From: Octopus vulgaris
Taxonomy: Eukaryota
Assembly (NCBI GenBank): GCA_951406725.2
Contig: OX597826.1
Location: 39,990,001 to 40,054,000, forward strand
Direction: 5' to 3'
Length of the DNA stretch: 64,000 bases
Under the pieces are notes generated by a model. It made no database searches, was not told where the DNA came from, and saw only the letters and a program-made list of their open reading frames with translations. This document shows positions 1-12,799 of the stretch, piece after piece. Made by a program: the position numbers and the translations under genes. The stretch's first letter is position 1. Every line of letters starts with the position of its first letter.

Positions 1-1999
1 CAATTTAATTTCTAAGTTTTGAAATAAATATAAACTGAATGACTTTTTCGATTCTATAAATCGAGACTCATTATATATATTTGCTTTAATAATTTTCGAA
101 TCCCACTTTAAAAGACAAATATTTTCATGCTTACCTAGCAATTCAATTTTCATAATTTCCTGAAATTCTATTCACACAACTTACAAAAGTCAAACGGATT
201 TTGGAACCAGGCATCTTTATTTGTATTTTATTTTTGTTCGAGCAACTTGCAATGTGTAGCAGCCAGGTAAACGCTCCTTCGTTGGCCCATTGTGCTTTGG
301 AAGTTAAGTGATTGTGAGAGAAATCTTTGCCTTTGTATATGATACCTGCAACTTATCTATCAGTAGTATGTGAATGCGTCGGAAGAATACGCTCAGTATT
401 TTCAGTACTATTTCATAGAATGATTTATGGCACATACGGAAAAAATACAAAACAAGTTAACGTGAGGATTTTTGTCCAAATACACGACACATCATTGGCC
501 ACCGAGCCAATGTGTCACGAACTCCCAATACAAAGATGTATACGAGCATATTTTATTCCCTCAGTCATTTGATCCATTTACGCTCCTCTTGATTATAGGA
601 GGTGTATGATAGTCACAGTTGTCGTTTTTTATGTAAGATCTTTGAGAAATATAGCCGATGTTTGTCGAGACAAACAAACCAAGCATTTAAACTTAAATAC
701 ATCAGAAAAGTAGTTTCAGTTTGGGTTTTTTTGAGTTTACATCCGACCTGCATTTTTTCTTTTTTGTCTTTATCAGTAATACAATAATTGCTTCCATGAC
801 TAAACAAAAGCAGCGAAGCGTCGGATATATTAGAATAATAATGCCTTGCGGTATTTGTTCCTGTTCAAATGTCAAGTTTAACTTTGCCATTCCTTCCTCT
901 CGAATCGATAAGTACTTACCAAGTATTGGATAAAATCTCTTCCCATTTCTCTTTCTCCATCTCCCCCTCTATCTCCATAGCACCGAGAGAGTGAGGTGGG
1001 GGTGGTTAGCAATCACTTGTAAAAAACTGATTTGCTGCAGTAACTGTCCAACCCGGAAATAAAGAAAACAAAAGGATACCGAATAAAAGCAAAACTGAAT
1101 TGATAGCCCCTATCTAGTTATTCAGTTTTCCCAAATCTTCCTTAGATTGCACCCTAGCTCATCGTAAGAGAAGCAGGTAATATATCATAATGTAATGTTC
1201 TGTGTACGGAATCCTTTGTTCAGCATACTCAATATTACCTGGAAAGGGTGAGGCAAACACATTTCATACACACACACACACACACACACACGCACATACG
1301 CACGCACATACACTCATTCACACACATACACACTAACTCACACTAAGGAAGGCACAGAAATTCTTACAAGGCTATATATTTCTTATCACACGACCGGACT
1401 ACATGTTGATAACTAGGGTTTGATATATAGCAGAGCTTCATCTAACCACGTAGGTTATAAATGCAGGGATACCGCAATCTTTAATTTCCTACCTTCAATC
1501 AATCTGAAGCCTTTAAATGGCCACAGAATTTGTAATCTTATAATAACAAGATTATAATTCCTCTCGCCACAAGAGTACGCCTTATCAAAACTATTTTGTT
1601 TCATTCGTTATCACCTCAACTATACATGGAAGTTAGTTTCAAAATGTGTTAAAAGACAGAAGAAAAATGGTGGCGTGTGAATAAGCATGAGAGAAAGATA
1701 CAAAGTGAACATTTTAGCTGGATTTTGATTTAGTAGGTTCTTCATTTGAAAGGCAACCAACCACTGTGAATAATTCCTTTTAAATAGATTTGTCCATTGT
1801 ATATAGACATTATATATTTGATGTCTTTCATCTGCAGAGAAAATTGGTAAATTTCACATCCCCGTTGTGTATGTTCAATAGACTTTAATCTTTCCTTTAC
1901 TTGAGGGAGATCTTTTTGCTTTATTCTTCTTCTGTTGTTTACTTTAATTTTCCTTTATTTCATTTTTGTTTCATCACTCGCCACTCTCTCTTATGTAGC

Positions 2000-2033
<34 letters not shown>

Positions 2034-2109
2034 ATATATATATATCATATTATATCATATTATATCATATCATATCATACCATTTCATAATAATAATTTT
2101 ATAAAAAAT

Positions 2110-3947
2110 AAAGTAAAATGTACGGTTACTCAACAATAATGAATGATTCTGATTTAAGACGATGATGATGATAATGCGAAGTTGCTGCCGTTGTTTCATT
2201 ATATGTCTGTATAGCAGCATCGAAAGCATTTTGAAATTGGAGAGACCGAACCTTGTAATTCCTTTGCTGACCTTAAAAAGTCGGACAAATGTTCGGTTTT
2301 CCGGCCCACATCATCCTTCCTCTTTCTCTGGATCTGGCAACTCCTCTCACTCCTCTTCGCTGGCAGACTTAGTAAACTCTAACAAATCGCAAACTGTCAA
2401 GGTTTCAGAGTGGACATTGATGCGGTTGTTGACCTCATCTTTCGTGGTGTCGACAAAACTTTCGCGACCAAGTACCTTTGTAAAGGTCACCTCGTTGTTG
2501 ACAGCCACGTGCTGAATATCTTAAGGTGAGAAGCGCTCGCAATCCTGAACACACTCTGACCATACCTTCTTCCAGTATGTGATGAGGGTTTGTTTTATCA
2601 TGTCTTTAAGAGCAGCATGGATGAATGACAGGCACGTTGCGAGCGTGAAATTAAAGAACTCCTTTAACTTGAAATTCTCGTCCTAATACATTGCGCCCAC
2701 AGGGTGTTGGAGAGAGTTCCGAGTGTAAATTGCCTTGAAAGCACGGATTACGCCTTGGTCCATAGGCTGGTTGAGGGAGGTAGTGTTAGTAATGAGGAAC
2801 TCGATTTGGGATCACTCGTGATTCAAATCCAAAGAGTGACCACCAACATTATCCATAACAAGCAACACCTTGCATTCCGTGCATACGTTTTGGAGGCATT
2901 CGCTGGTTTGAGGGATGAAGTATTTGTGGAACCAATTCAACGTTAGACTTTTGAAAGCCTTCGTGGACTTGTAGATAAATCCTGGTTTCATCATGAAGCC
3001 AGCAACATTGCCACACATAATTAGCGTCACTCTGTCCTTCTGTGCTTTAAATCCTGGGACTCTGGCTTCGCCCTTCATGATGTACATTCTGGAAGGCATC
3101 TTCTTCCAAAACAAGCCAGTCTCGACCATATTGAAAATCTGTTCTGGCTTGTATCCCTCGTACTCGATGATCTGCCTGAAGGTCTCAAGGTATTTCTCGG
3201 CGGCTTCTTTGTTGACTGATACTGTCCCTCCTTGCAGCAGAACACATTTTATTTTAAACCGTTTCTGGAAACGGTCAGACAATCCCTTGCTGGCTTGAAT
3301 ATCTTCGGGCTCCGGTACAGTCAATGGTCTTGGTTGTGGTCCTTCGATGTCTTCTGCTACGCCTCCACTGTCGAACTGCTGGCATAATAACCTTGCTTTC
3401 TCACGAATGATGTTACCACTCAAGGGGACGTTTTTCTTCTTGCAGTCATTGATCTACAATGCCAAGCAGATTCCACCGTCCATCTAAGTATATATATATA
3501 CTTTAACTACAATAAGAGGTTGTCATTGAGAGACAAATACAGCGAGGGAGAAAGAAAGAGTCTGTGTGTATGTGTGTGTGTATATGTGTGTGTTTGTGTG
3601 TGTATGTGTAAATGTGTGTGTGTGTGTTGTGTGTGAGTAAAATATACATAGACATCGCTTTACTAATTATAAAGCTTTGGTTGAAAGCAGAAATAAGAGA
3701 TACAACATACAGTGAACTTGTATCTAAAATAATCAAGTTACGTGATGCGTGGCTATTCTAATCAGAGCCGGTAAATACGGTATATTGCTATTAATAATTT
3801 ACCCTTAAAAAGTGTGAAAAAATATATATTGCCACCAAATAAGTATTCAGGAATCGCGGACGATATTTACGATTCCACGAATATGCGGTGATTTTCGCGA
3901 ATAACGGGGACTGCGAATGCCGAAACGCGAATAAGCGGGTTACACTG
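2110..3947 (-). mobile_element. Tigger/pogo-like DNA transposon relic
   Basis: Contains a DDE_1-type transposase relic. Its right end reads ...CGCGAATAAGCGGGTTACACTG followed by TA (3948-3949); the reverse complement CAGTGTAACCCGCTTATTCGCG resembles Tigger-type TIRs. The left TIR was not found. Confidence 0.75.
2190..3480 (-). pseudogene. Degenerate Tigger/pogo (TIGD1-like) transposase
   Basis: ORF 2812-3423 has IIREKAR, ASKG.SDRFQKR, QIFNMVETGLFWKKMP, GFKAQKDRVTLIMCGN and LLVMDNVGGH. It continues after a frameshift as TNTTSLNQPMDQGVIRAFKAIYTR (~2715-2790). Confidence 0.9.
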
Positions 3948-4096
3948 TATATGTATATATATTGATACCACCTCGTAGTTATTTACTTGATTTATATATG
4001 TACGTATTTATGCACGTGTGTACGGCTGTGCGTGTACGTGTATGCATTAGTATATTTTGCACTTCTTTTCTCACATCCCATCTAAATATATATGTA

Positions 4097-4162
<66 letters not shown>

Positions 4163-4483
4163 TATGCGTGTTTATATGTATGTGCTTATATTTCTAATTT
4201 ATATAAATTCCCTCATATACATGTGCACGCATCTGTGAGTGTGTGTAAATACGCACAAATTTTCCTGTGTTTATATACTTAATTACGTATTAATTATTTA
4301 ACGGGACAAGTGGCAAACAATTTGAAAAATATGCAATTGTTGTTACCGTTCGTTTTATAAATTTTTTTCTTTAACAATCCGGCAAAATATCACCAGTTAT
4401 ATAAATCCACTACTCAAATTGTAACTAGTTTTATAAGAGCCAACACACGAACTTCTCGGCCCCCGAGTGACTCTGGTGCTTTT

Positions 4484-5144
4484 GGAGACCAAAAAAAAAG
4501 AACGTCAAACACAATGAGAAACGAAAACATAAAAACAGAACCATGGAAACCCACATTTTTTTAAACAACGAAAAAATAGGGTACAAGACATACAACACAA
4601 GGAAAACTCCCCTTCTTCAGCCGCCTCCATTTCGTCTATTCCGCGTTTCGAAGGTAAACGCGAGACACGACTTGAGTGAAATGGTCCTTCCCGCAAATAA
4701 TTTTAGATTTTTTGCGGAGGGTTAAAAGTGGTAACAAAAACAGGACAGTAAAAACAATACAAGACAGTAAAAATACAAATAAAAATAAAAACAGTAAACG
4801 ACAGGACAAGTAGAATAACAGTAATACGAACGTTAAGGGCTCTAAAGCCGAACGAAAGAGATGTTATTTTGAACGCGTGAGAACAACGGCATAAGAAAGG
4901 GATAGGATGCCGTCTATACTTGTTGAAGGCTGTGGTCAGAAATACAGGACTCTGGTCACATGTCGGCGACGAGAGGGAGGAGGTGTAGTAGTAAGAGAAA
5001 CGGAGGCGGCTGAAGAAGGGAAATTTTCTTGCGTCGTATGTCTTGTACCCTGTTTTTTCGTTGCTTAAAAAAATGTCCGTTTCCATGGTTCTATTTTTAT
5101 GTTTTCGTTTCTCATTGTGTTCGACGTTTTTTTTTTTGGTGTCC
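4484..5144. repeat. Inverted repeat, ~155-bp arms (4484-4640 / 4990-5144) with ~350-bp spacer; probable PLE terminal-repeat fold-back
   Basis: The arms are reverse complements (AACACAATGAGAAACGAAAACATAAAAA / TTTTTATGTTTTCGTTTCTCATTGTGTT; CTTCTTCAGCCGCCTCC / GGAGGCGGCTGAAGAAG). The ORF track shows mirrored peptides on opposite strands. The PLE origin is inferred. Confidence 0.85.
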
Positions 5145-5233
5145 TGTACCTATATATGCATGTATATATACATATAGATGTAGGTACGTACATATATGTA
5201 TGTATATATGCATATGTTTTATTTATTATTTTG

Positions 5234-5267
<34 letters not shown>

Positions 5268-5564
5268 ATAATTAAGGAATGGAGAAGATAAAACCCAATC
5301 TACTCCATTCCCCAATGCTGGTTGTTTATTCGCATATACTACAACCACAGGCACTAACGGTGAGCTATTAAATAGCCTTTTTACAGTTTATCGTAGTCTC
5401 CTAGGAGAAAAATTGACAACCATCTGCGCCAATAAACCACTATTGTTCTTGGCAGTTGTTTTATTCATATCTTCTACCGACTGCTTGACGCTCACTAACT
5501 TCGTAGACCTTGAACCTTGGGTCTTACTTTTGTTTATACATATGCATATATAAGTATGTCCTTT

Positions 5565-5760
5565 TTGTATCTGTGTCTGTACCCCCACTACCGCTTGACA
5601 GCTACTATTGGTGTGTTTACACTAGGAAAAGAAACTGATAGAATAAGTAACAGGTTTAAGAAGACATAAATACTGGGGTTACTTCGTTCAACTATGAATT
5701 CTTCAAAGTGGTGCTCCAGCATGGGCACGGTCTAATGTGTGAAACAAGCAAATTATAGAA
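5565..5760 (+). mobile_element. 3' half of octopus tRNA/CORE-type SINE (decayed)
   Basis: Matches the reverse complement of the copies at 21.1, 40.8 and 42.7 kb (GATAGAATAAGTA...GGTGCTCCAGCATGG...GAAACAAG). Confidence 0.7.
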
Positions 5761-5930
5761 GATAGGACATACGTATACATAAACACAGATGCGCGCGCAC
5801 ACACACACACACATATGACAAATGATAGAGACAGAAAATGGAATACATGTTTTCATACCATATGAAAATATACATATAAGTACTTATCCATCTTTCTGTC
5901 AATTTCTCTCTCTCTTTCTCTTTCTATCTT

Positions 5931-5983
<53 letters not shown>

Positions 5984-6589
5984 ATGTGTGTATCTATGTC
6001 TGTGTGTATACACACACATACATAATACATACATGTGTTCGTACACAAACATATACTAGCTTACTGCATATTTAATATGTTTCGCTCAATGTATACTAAT
6101 AGAAGAAACATATGGTGTAGATGTCTTTTATCATGGCTGTGCAATGCTTGATCGAGTGCTCTATTAACACCTCTCACTACAAGTGTGTACATCATATGCT
6201 GGTTACTGTATATCTATATTCCTTTTTACCTTATCGGCTGTAATTACATTTACAGAACAGAGGGAATTAACATTAATGACTCTTGAAAAAGAACGCAGTA
6301 CATCTAAGCTAAAGCATTTAATTGTATGCTACATTTTCTTCCTACATATTTAGATATGTCTCACTGGTAACAAACTAGTAGCAGTCTACTGAAGTATTAG
6401 CGTATTATTACGTTTATGCGGTGACTTGTACTTATTCCGAAGAGTAGGGTTATTGAGGCACTTATTACTATTGTGGTTTAGAAACTACTTTTATTTTCTT
6501 GAAAAGAGTACAGCAATAAAACAGGCCACACGAAGAAAGAAATCAATTAGCATTTATTGTATAGTAATGCATTCGGTCCTAAGATAGCA

Positions 6590-6790
<201 letters not shown>

Positions 6791-6869
6791 AGCGGTGATA
6801 GTATAATTGTGCTGAAAATTGAATGGATGAAATAAAATCCAAATAGTAAATACATGGGCGTTAGTATCA

Positions 6870-7960
6870 CTTCGGTATCTTAAACTGGCAAATTAAAGAA
6901 TTGATGAACATAGATACGAAGACACAGGAAATATTGACAGTGCACGGAGTATTCTATCCTAAGAATGGCACTGATAGGTTTCCTTTTCAAAGGAAAGGGT
7001 GGGAGAGGTTTATCAGTTGTGAGGATTGTGTTTAAGCACCGGAAACAGCTTAGGGCAGCATATAAAAATTGCCGTGGAACTATTGCTGAAACGTGAAGAG
7101 ATCCGGCATCATCAAAATTGATTATTGTGCAAAGAAAGAAAAACAAGAGGAAAGGAACACGAAAAAAGAAACACAGCATCGAAATGATAAAAAGAATGCA
7201 CGGTCAATTTGCAAGAGATACGAAGGCTAAGACAGATACAGAAGACCGGTGGTTGTGGATGCGGAGGAGTGACCTGAAGTTAGAACCAGAAGCGGTTATA
7301 AGCGCGGCACAAGAATTAGCGTTATGGACGAACTATGTAAAGAGCAAAATTGACAAAACAACTTAGAGCAACAAATTCCGAATATGGTGAGAGAGGTGAC
7401 ACGGTATAGCACATTGTTAGTGAATACCCGAAACTGGTGCAACGCGAATACTAAACACGAAATGACAAAGGGGCAAGAAAGCTCTATTCAGAGCGATGTG
7501 GAACTTACGGCCTGCAATGAGCAAGAACATGATATAACCGAATTCCAGAAGAGTTATTGAGAACAAAGATTGGAAAATCCTATGAGATGCAATGATTCTG
7601 TATGACCACATGATCAGATATCGGAAACTTGACATTGTTGTAGTGGACAAAAACGGAATGATAACCGACATAGTAGTTCCTGGTGGCAACAGGATCAAAG
7701 AGAAAGAAGAACTATGACGATTTGAAGTGAGAAATACGTGGGCAATGAAGAGAGTAGACGTAATAACAATAGTAACTGGTGCGCTTGGAAGTTTCAGTAC
7801 TCAGCTACGAGCATGGCTCAAAAAGATTGGTAAAAATGTAAAGGTAGAGCAACCACAAAAATCATCCTCGCATGGTTCCGGAAGCATCATCACTAAACAA
7901 GTGTCAGTTTAGTATGCTGATCATGGAAAACTGACACTTTCCATCATGCCCAGCAAAATA
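6870..7960 (+). mobile_element. Decayed 3' part of RLE-type (R4/Dong-like) non-LTR retrotransposon
   Basis: Fragments RKGGRGL, RMHGQF, LKLEPEAVISAAQE, a decayed CCHC region, an RLE-like DIVVVDK..ITDIVVPG and IVTGALG parallel the intact copy at 36.7-39.1 kb. Many stops and frameshifts. Confidence 0.85.
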
Positions 7961-8214
7961 ATCTAACAATTTTCATCAAAATAATGACCATAATAGTCAT
8001 CCTTAAACAGCTTTTATTCACGAACCTTTTAAGCGGGATGAGCCATTCGACACGAAGAAAATTCTAACTGGGACCCACCTGCAAAGCCATATATTGTTTA
8101 TCTTGGTATGAAGTCACCATGTCGCGCATATATCGTTATGATGCATGTGCTTGGCGTTATCTTATCAGACGGATAATCAGGATGGGTATATTGGGCTTCC
8201 TGTATTTGTACTCC

Positions 8215-8500
8215 CGGAAAATGCTGAGTGAGTTTCTCGAAAGGTGGGTGAAAGTTGCAAAAATGGCAAGAGTGGATGGTACCTCTCTAAGTGTAGACCT
8301 GTGAGCCGGAGAGAAGGAATTGGAGAGGGTGCTTGGTTCTGGGTTTTCAGGGAAATCTGACTTGCCTGCCAGATTGAAGGAGGACGGCGGTGCGATCATT
8401 ACTACAGACTCGGCCGACAGACAGATCTGTCCCACACGTGACAGCAGCTGTTCGATATAACGCCACAAATCAGCAATGCCCGGACACTGAACGAGATCGA
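8215..8500. mobile_element. Rearranged C-terminal fragments of an L1/Tx1-like ORF2
   Basis: On - (8370-8500): LVQCPGIADLWRYIEQLLSR, a zf-RVT-like CP....W motif. On + (8220-8304): EFLERWVKVAKMARVDG..L*, a typical ORF2 end. Confidence 0.5.
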
Positions 8501-8639
8501 AATGATGATGATGATGATGATGACAAACGCTCTGTGGTAAGAAGTTTGCTTCCGACAATATAGTTCTGGTTATAGTCTCACTGCATCACAAATTAGGCAA
8601 TTGTTTTCTGCTATAGCACAGGGTAGCCAAAGACTTACG

Positions 8640-11570
8640 AGTCGATCTGGTTACTGAAAACGAATGAAGAACATTGTGCAGCTCCTCCACTCCAATTACA
8701 TGAAACCCATAGCCTCTCTACCACATGGGCCCATCCAGCGTCTTTGATTCCCTCGTGTATCATTGCATGTAGCTTTGCTCTGAACATGCATCCCTCATGT
8801 TTAGCCTCGCAGTGTTGATAAAGAGCCAATCTCACCGCTAAATCTTGGGATGCAAAACCAGATCTCAGTGCCTCATCAAGAGCCTCAACTAAAGCCCTTT
8901 CTATTCTATTTTTCATAAAAACTAGCTCCTTACTATATCTAATAGACCGAAACATAATGGCCCCTTTGAAGGCATACCACCATTTACTAGTTATGATGTT
9001 TGCGGTCAATACCCTCTTTACTAGCTGTCTAATCCGACTCCTGTACTCTTCACAAGCCAAAAGAGAGTTTCCAGTAGCCGGGACCCTGCCTACATAACCT
9101 AAGTCAAACTTACAGGTCACAAGTTTGTGATCACTGTGTAGTGGAAATGTGGACACCTAGCAAAGTTTTTGTCGTTGCGCCAATTTATATTGTATGCAAG
9201 TGAGACCTAGAAGATCCGTTGCTATTAGTCCATGTCCACAATGGAGCGACCAGGAATTCTAGTCTGTAACGATCTGCCAGCTGAAAATGACTAAGCAGAT
9301 CACTGAAGCACTGGTTTCCACTCCAATCCGGGTTCGAGCAACAGAATCTACTTGTGCATCGCAGATTGTTTTAAAGTCTCCTAACACTATTAAAGTGTCT
9401 GACGTACCAAGGATGTTCTCTAGGCTTCTAAAATAACCAGACTGTCCAGTTTTTGTGGAAGCATTGACAGCTACAAGCCTGAAGGTATTGCCACTGCTGA
9501 GCGTCACGTGAAGGGCGACCAAACTTCCTTCCGCGTCGATGAAGATAGTTGTTGTCTCTGAAAACATATTTTTCCTGAGCAGAACTGCGACGCAACTCAT
9601 TCCTCAAAGTTTTCACGGAGAAATGAGTTTCTCCTAGCCGTTTAGGATAGGGGAGAGCCACGCAGTTCACTCAGTCTGGTTTCCGTGGCAACTATTACAT
9701 CCAATCTATTCGACCTAAGATCAGCAACAAAGCAACCTTGCTTCCAAACTGACCCCAAGCCGCATATATTTAAACATCCTACATTGAGAGCTGTCATAAA
9801 GGTAGTGGATTTACCTGGAGTTGAAGATGGAATGGTAATCCCATCTCAATCCATTATTCCAGTGCTTACGAGGTGTCTTTGACTAGGCCCTCAATGAAAA
9901 TCCAACAGCCAACTCAACCCTACAAGTCCCACACGCAAAAAAATCTTGATAAAAACACACAAGACACGCAAAACTCTACCCCTTCCACCGTCGTATTCCA
10001 CCCAACTAGACCTAATCCTTTCTCAGAGGGCCTATGTCATGTTTAAATTCGCTTTTTAGAATGTTATAATTGATCCTGTCAATGGTAAAAAGTTTTTTGG
10101 CGTTATTTTCTCATAATTAGTAATCTGTGGTAATATTTTTTATATTTTATAGTTTAGTCTGGAATTTTGTGTGTTAATTGCAATAAAATTAAGTTGGATG
10201 TCTTGTATGTCTTGAGCAAATTTTTTTTTTTTTGCATGTGGGACTTGTGTTGGATTTTCTCTTTTTCCTCGAAGTTTGCGTTTTCTAATCGTCGCATTCC
10301 GGTTTGTACTCTATCATCTCCTCCTCCTCTGCTGCTTTCACTTCCATAAAGATCTTTGTTGGCTCTGGTGAATCTGTTTCTTTTTTTCTCGGGAGGTGAG
10401 GGCACTGATGTTTTCTCTGGGGGAGGCTGGCACTCAGATCTAATGTGGTCATTTTGGCCACATTTGTAGAAATGATGCTTCCTTCCTTCGACCATTATGC
10501 GCAGCTTGTTATACCCCATCAGGACAATGGGACAGGATGGGGACAGGGTGGATGCAGGGTGGGGGTTATCATCACCAGCTTGTGACCTCCTCTTTCTCTT
10601 TTTCCTTCTACCATTTCCCATCCATCCCTGATTTTCTCCTCTGATTTGTTTTCTTTTTCTTTCTCAATGCTGGGCTTTCTCCTACATATTCTCGCAGTAG
10701 GTCGAGGTGCAGTTTCTTTTTCGTTTTCAGGTAACACCGGTGTCTTTACGGGCCGCGGAAGGCATTCTGCTCTAGTGTAGCTTTTTGGCCATACTTGTAA
10801 CAGCGTAAGGCCCTGCCCTCCACTGTAACCGTAAGTATCACTTCGTTGAACGTTATGGTCTCTGTCATTTTTTCTAGGTCCTCCGGGGCAGTCTGAATAA
10901 CCATTTCCAGGTCCTATTCTGGCCAATTTTTATGTGCTGTTCTAGTGGCTTGACGGACCACAATCTTATCTTCGAGGCCTAGCACTTACCCTAGAAGCAC
11001 GTCTTCCAAGATAAACGGGTACAAGTACCACCTCGTAAGTCTTCAAGGAGGTTTCCGAATGCTGGCTGGCAATTGTCTCGATCTGAAACCGTATCTCCAG
11101 TGTCGCGAACTTTATTCCTCTGACAAGGTATATAATTCCCTGCCAGAAGGGTTTCAAGACTTTTTCCACTTGATGTGTTGTAGTCGTGTCAATCTTCTTC
11201 GTTTTCAAAATGTATATCCCGTATACTATCGACCTTTGTTTTGTCAGAGGAGTCACCTTAATATCGTGCCCCTCCCTACATAACATATCCCTGTATTTCT
11301 GAAGTTTCTCCTACTCCACATTTACCTCTTCGTCGTAGCCTCTGGCCACGGTCGCGAAATCCATCTTCCATCTTCTTTGCTTCACAGTAATTCCTCTCAG
11401 CTATTCTTCTTCGAACAACGTAAATTCTGAAGAACCCAGATTTTCGCATGCCATTTCTATACAAATTATACAGTGCTTCCCACTTCAAACAGTGGGAAAA
11501 GCGCCAACAAAGCTGCCGCAAGGAAGCAAACAAAGTGTTTATAAAAGAGGAAGCAGTTAAATAAACGTAG
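8640..11570 (-). mobile_element. L1/Tx1-like LINE relic: gag-like ORF1 plus AP-endonuclease part of ORF2, truncated before RT
   Basis: APE motifs GCLNICGL, ATETRL, CVAVLLRK, FRLVAVNA, LIVLGDF, WTWTN and HSDHKLV (9100-9790). ORF1 carries zinc-knuckle-like VEGR..FYKCGQNDHIRSEC (~10430-10500). Confidence 0.85.
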
Positions 11571-11575
11571 CAACA

Positions 11576-11617
<42 letters not shown>

Positions 11618-11622
<5 letters not shown>

Positions 11623-11737
11623 CGTGATCACCGTGACCGACCAAGACCATCAGATGTTGCTACACATCGCTGGTCACAATGCGTTTGCATTGTTTTAGGC
11701 TTCGGACGACGCTACCCCGCTGACTAAGTGAGCCAGG

Positions 11738-11740
<3 letters not shown>
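11618..11740 (-). mobile_element. Isolated SINE/LINE 3' tail (same tail as SINE at 55338-55646)
   Basis: Reverse complement ...TGTGACCAGCGATGTGTAGCAACATCTGATGG...GTCGGTCACGGTGATCACGGTGAT matches ~55530-55648. Confidence 0.85.
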
Positions 11741-11782
<42 letters not shown>

Positions 11783-12039
11783 ATGTGTGTGTGTGTGTGT
11801 GTATGTATATATTTATATGTTTATATAGGTTTATATAAAATTTAATTCTTACCTATGCAAATGATACAGTGGAGAACATAGAATGATGGGTCAAGTACAT
11901 TAACCTATTGAGACTTAAATCTAATTAAACATAGTACATTGGAATATACACAGAGCTGAGATCCAAAAGGTTGCAAGTTTCAGGCACTATTCCAAATCAA
12001 TCATCCAATATGTTTGGTTGTATAAATTTTCAAAAAAGT

Positions 12040-12235
12040 GAAATGGAATTTATGACTAAATGAGAGAATCGCATCAAAGAATTTATTTAATGTATTTAAA
12101 CTATATGATCTAAAGATAATATATGATTCCCTTATAGATAAACTGCATGTATTTGAAGTAGCACTACAAAGGCAGGGGGCAGCGTAATTATAGACCAGGA
12201 TAAGGAGTAATCAGTGTTGCTATCTCTTAGATAGT
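12040..12235 (-). mobile_element. PLE GIY-YIG C-terminal fragment (decayed)
   Basis: Translates LRDSNTDYSLSWSII...NTCSLSIRESYIIF, matching LKDSNTSFTLNWEIL of the 18088 ORF. Confidence 0.55.
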
Positions 12236-12470
12236 TTATATATGAGGCGAGTTCGTAAAAAAAATATCATTTTTCTGTTTTCCCACTTTTCTCTATATAT
12301 ATCCTACATGGATTCTGTTTACTTGTATTTTTATGTATATTTATATACTTTAAAATATTCAGATATGTCGATATGTATTAATAAATACATACGCATTTTA
12401 AGTCGAATTTGTAACTGTATGAGTATTATAAGAAGTTGGTGAGAAAGATTAATAATATATGATATATATA

Positions 12471-12548
<78 letters not shown>

Positions 12549-12799
12549 TTACTATAGAATACACACATACCAATAATTGCAAAGATCAGCATAATAGGAT
12601 TAAATATACATGCGATACTTTGTCGTAATGTACATAAAATACATCTATATTTTAAATTAATCCTGTATCTCTTTTCATTTCGTGACAAGTATACATTTAG
12701 CGAGCATTAGCTGAAGCAATTTATCGAAACTCTCTGTAGTATGAGCAACTGTTATATGAAGAACAATGTGCGATTAACCGACTTCTCAGCATCGACTAT

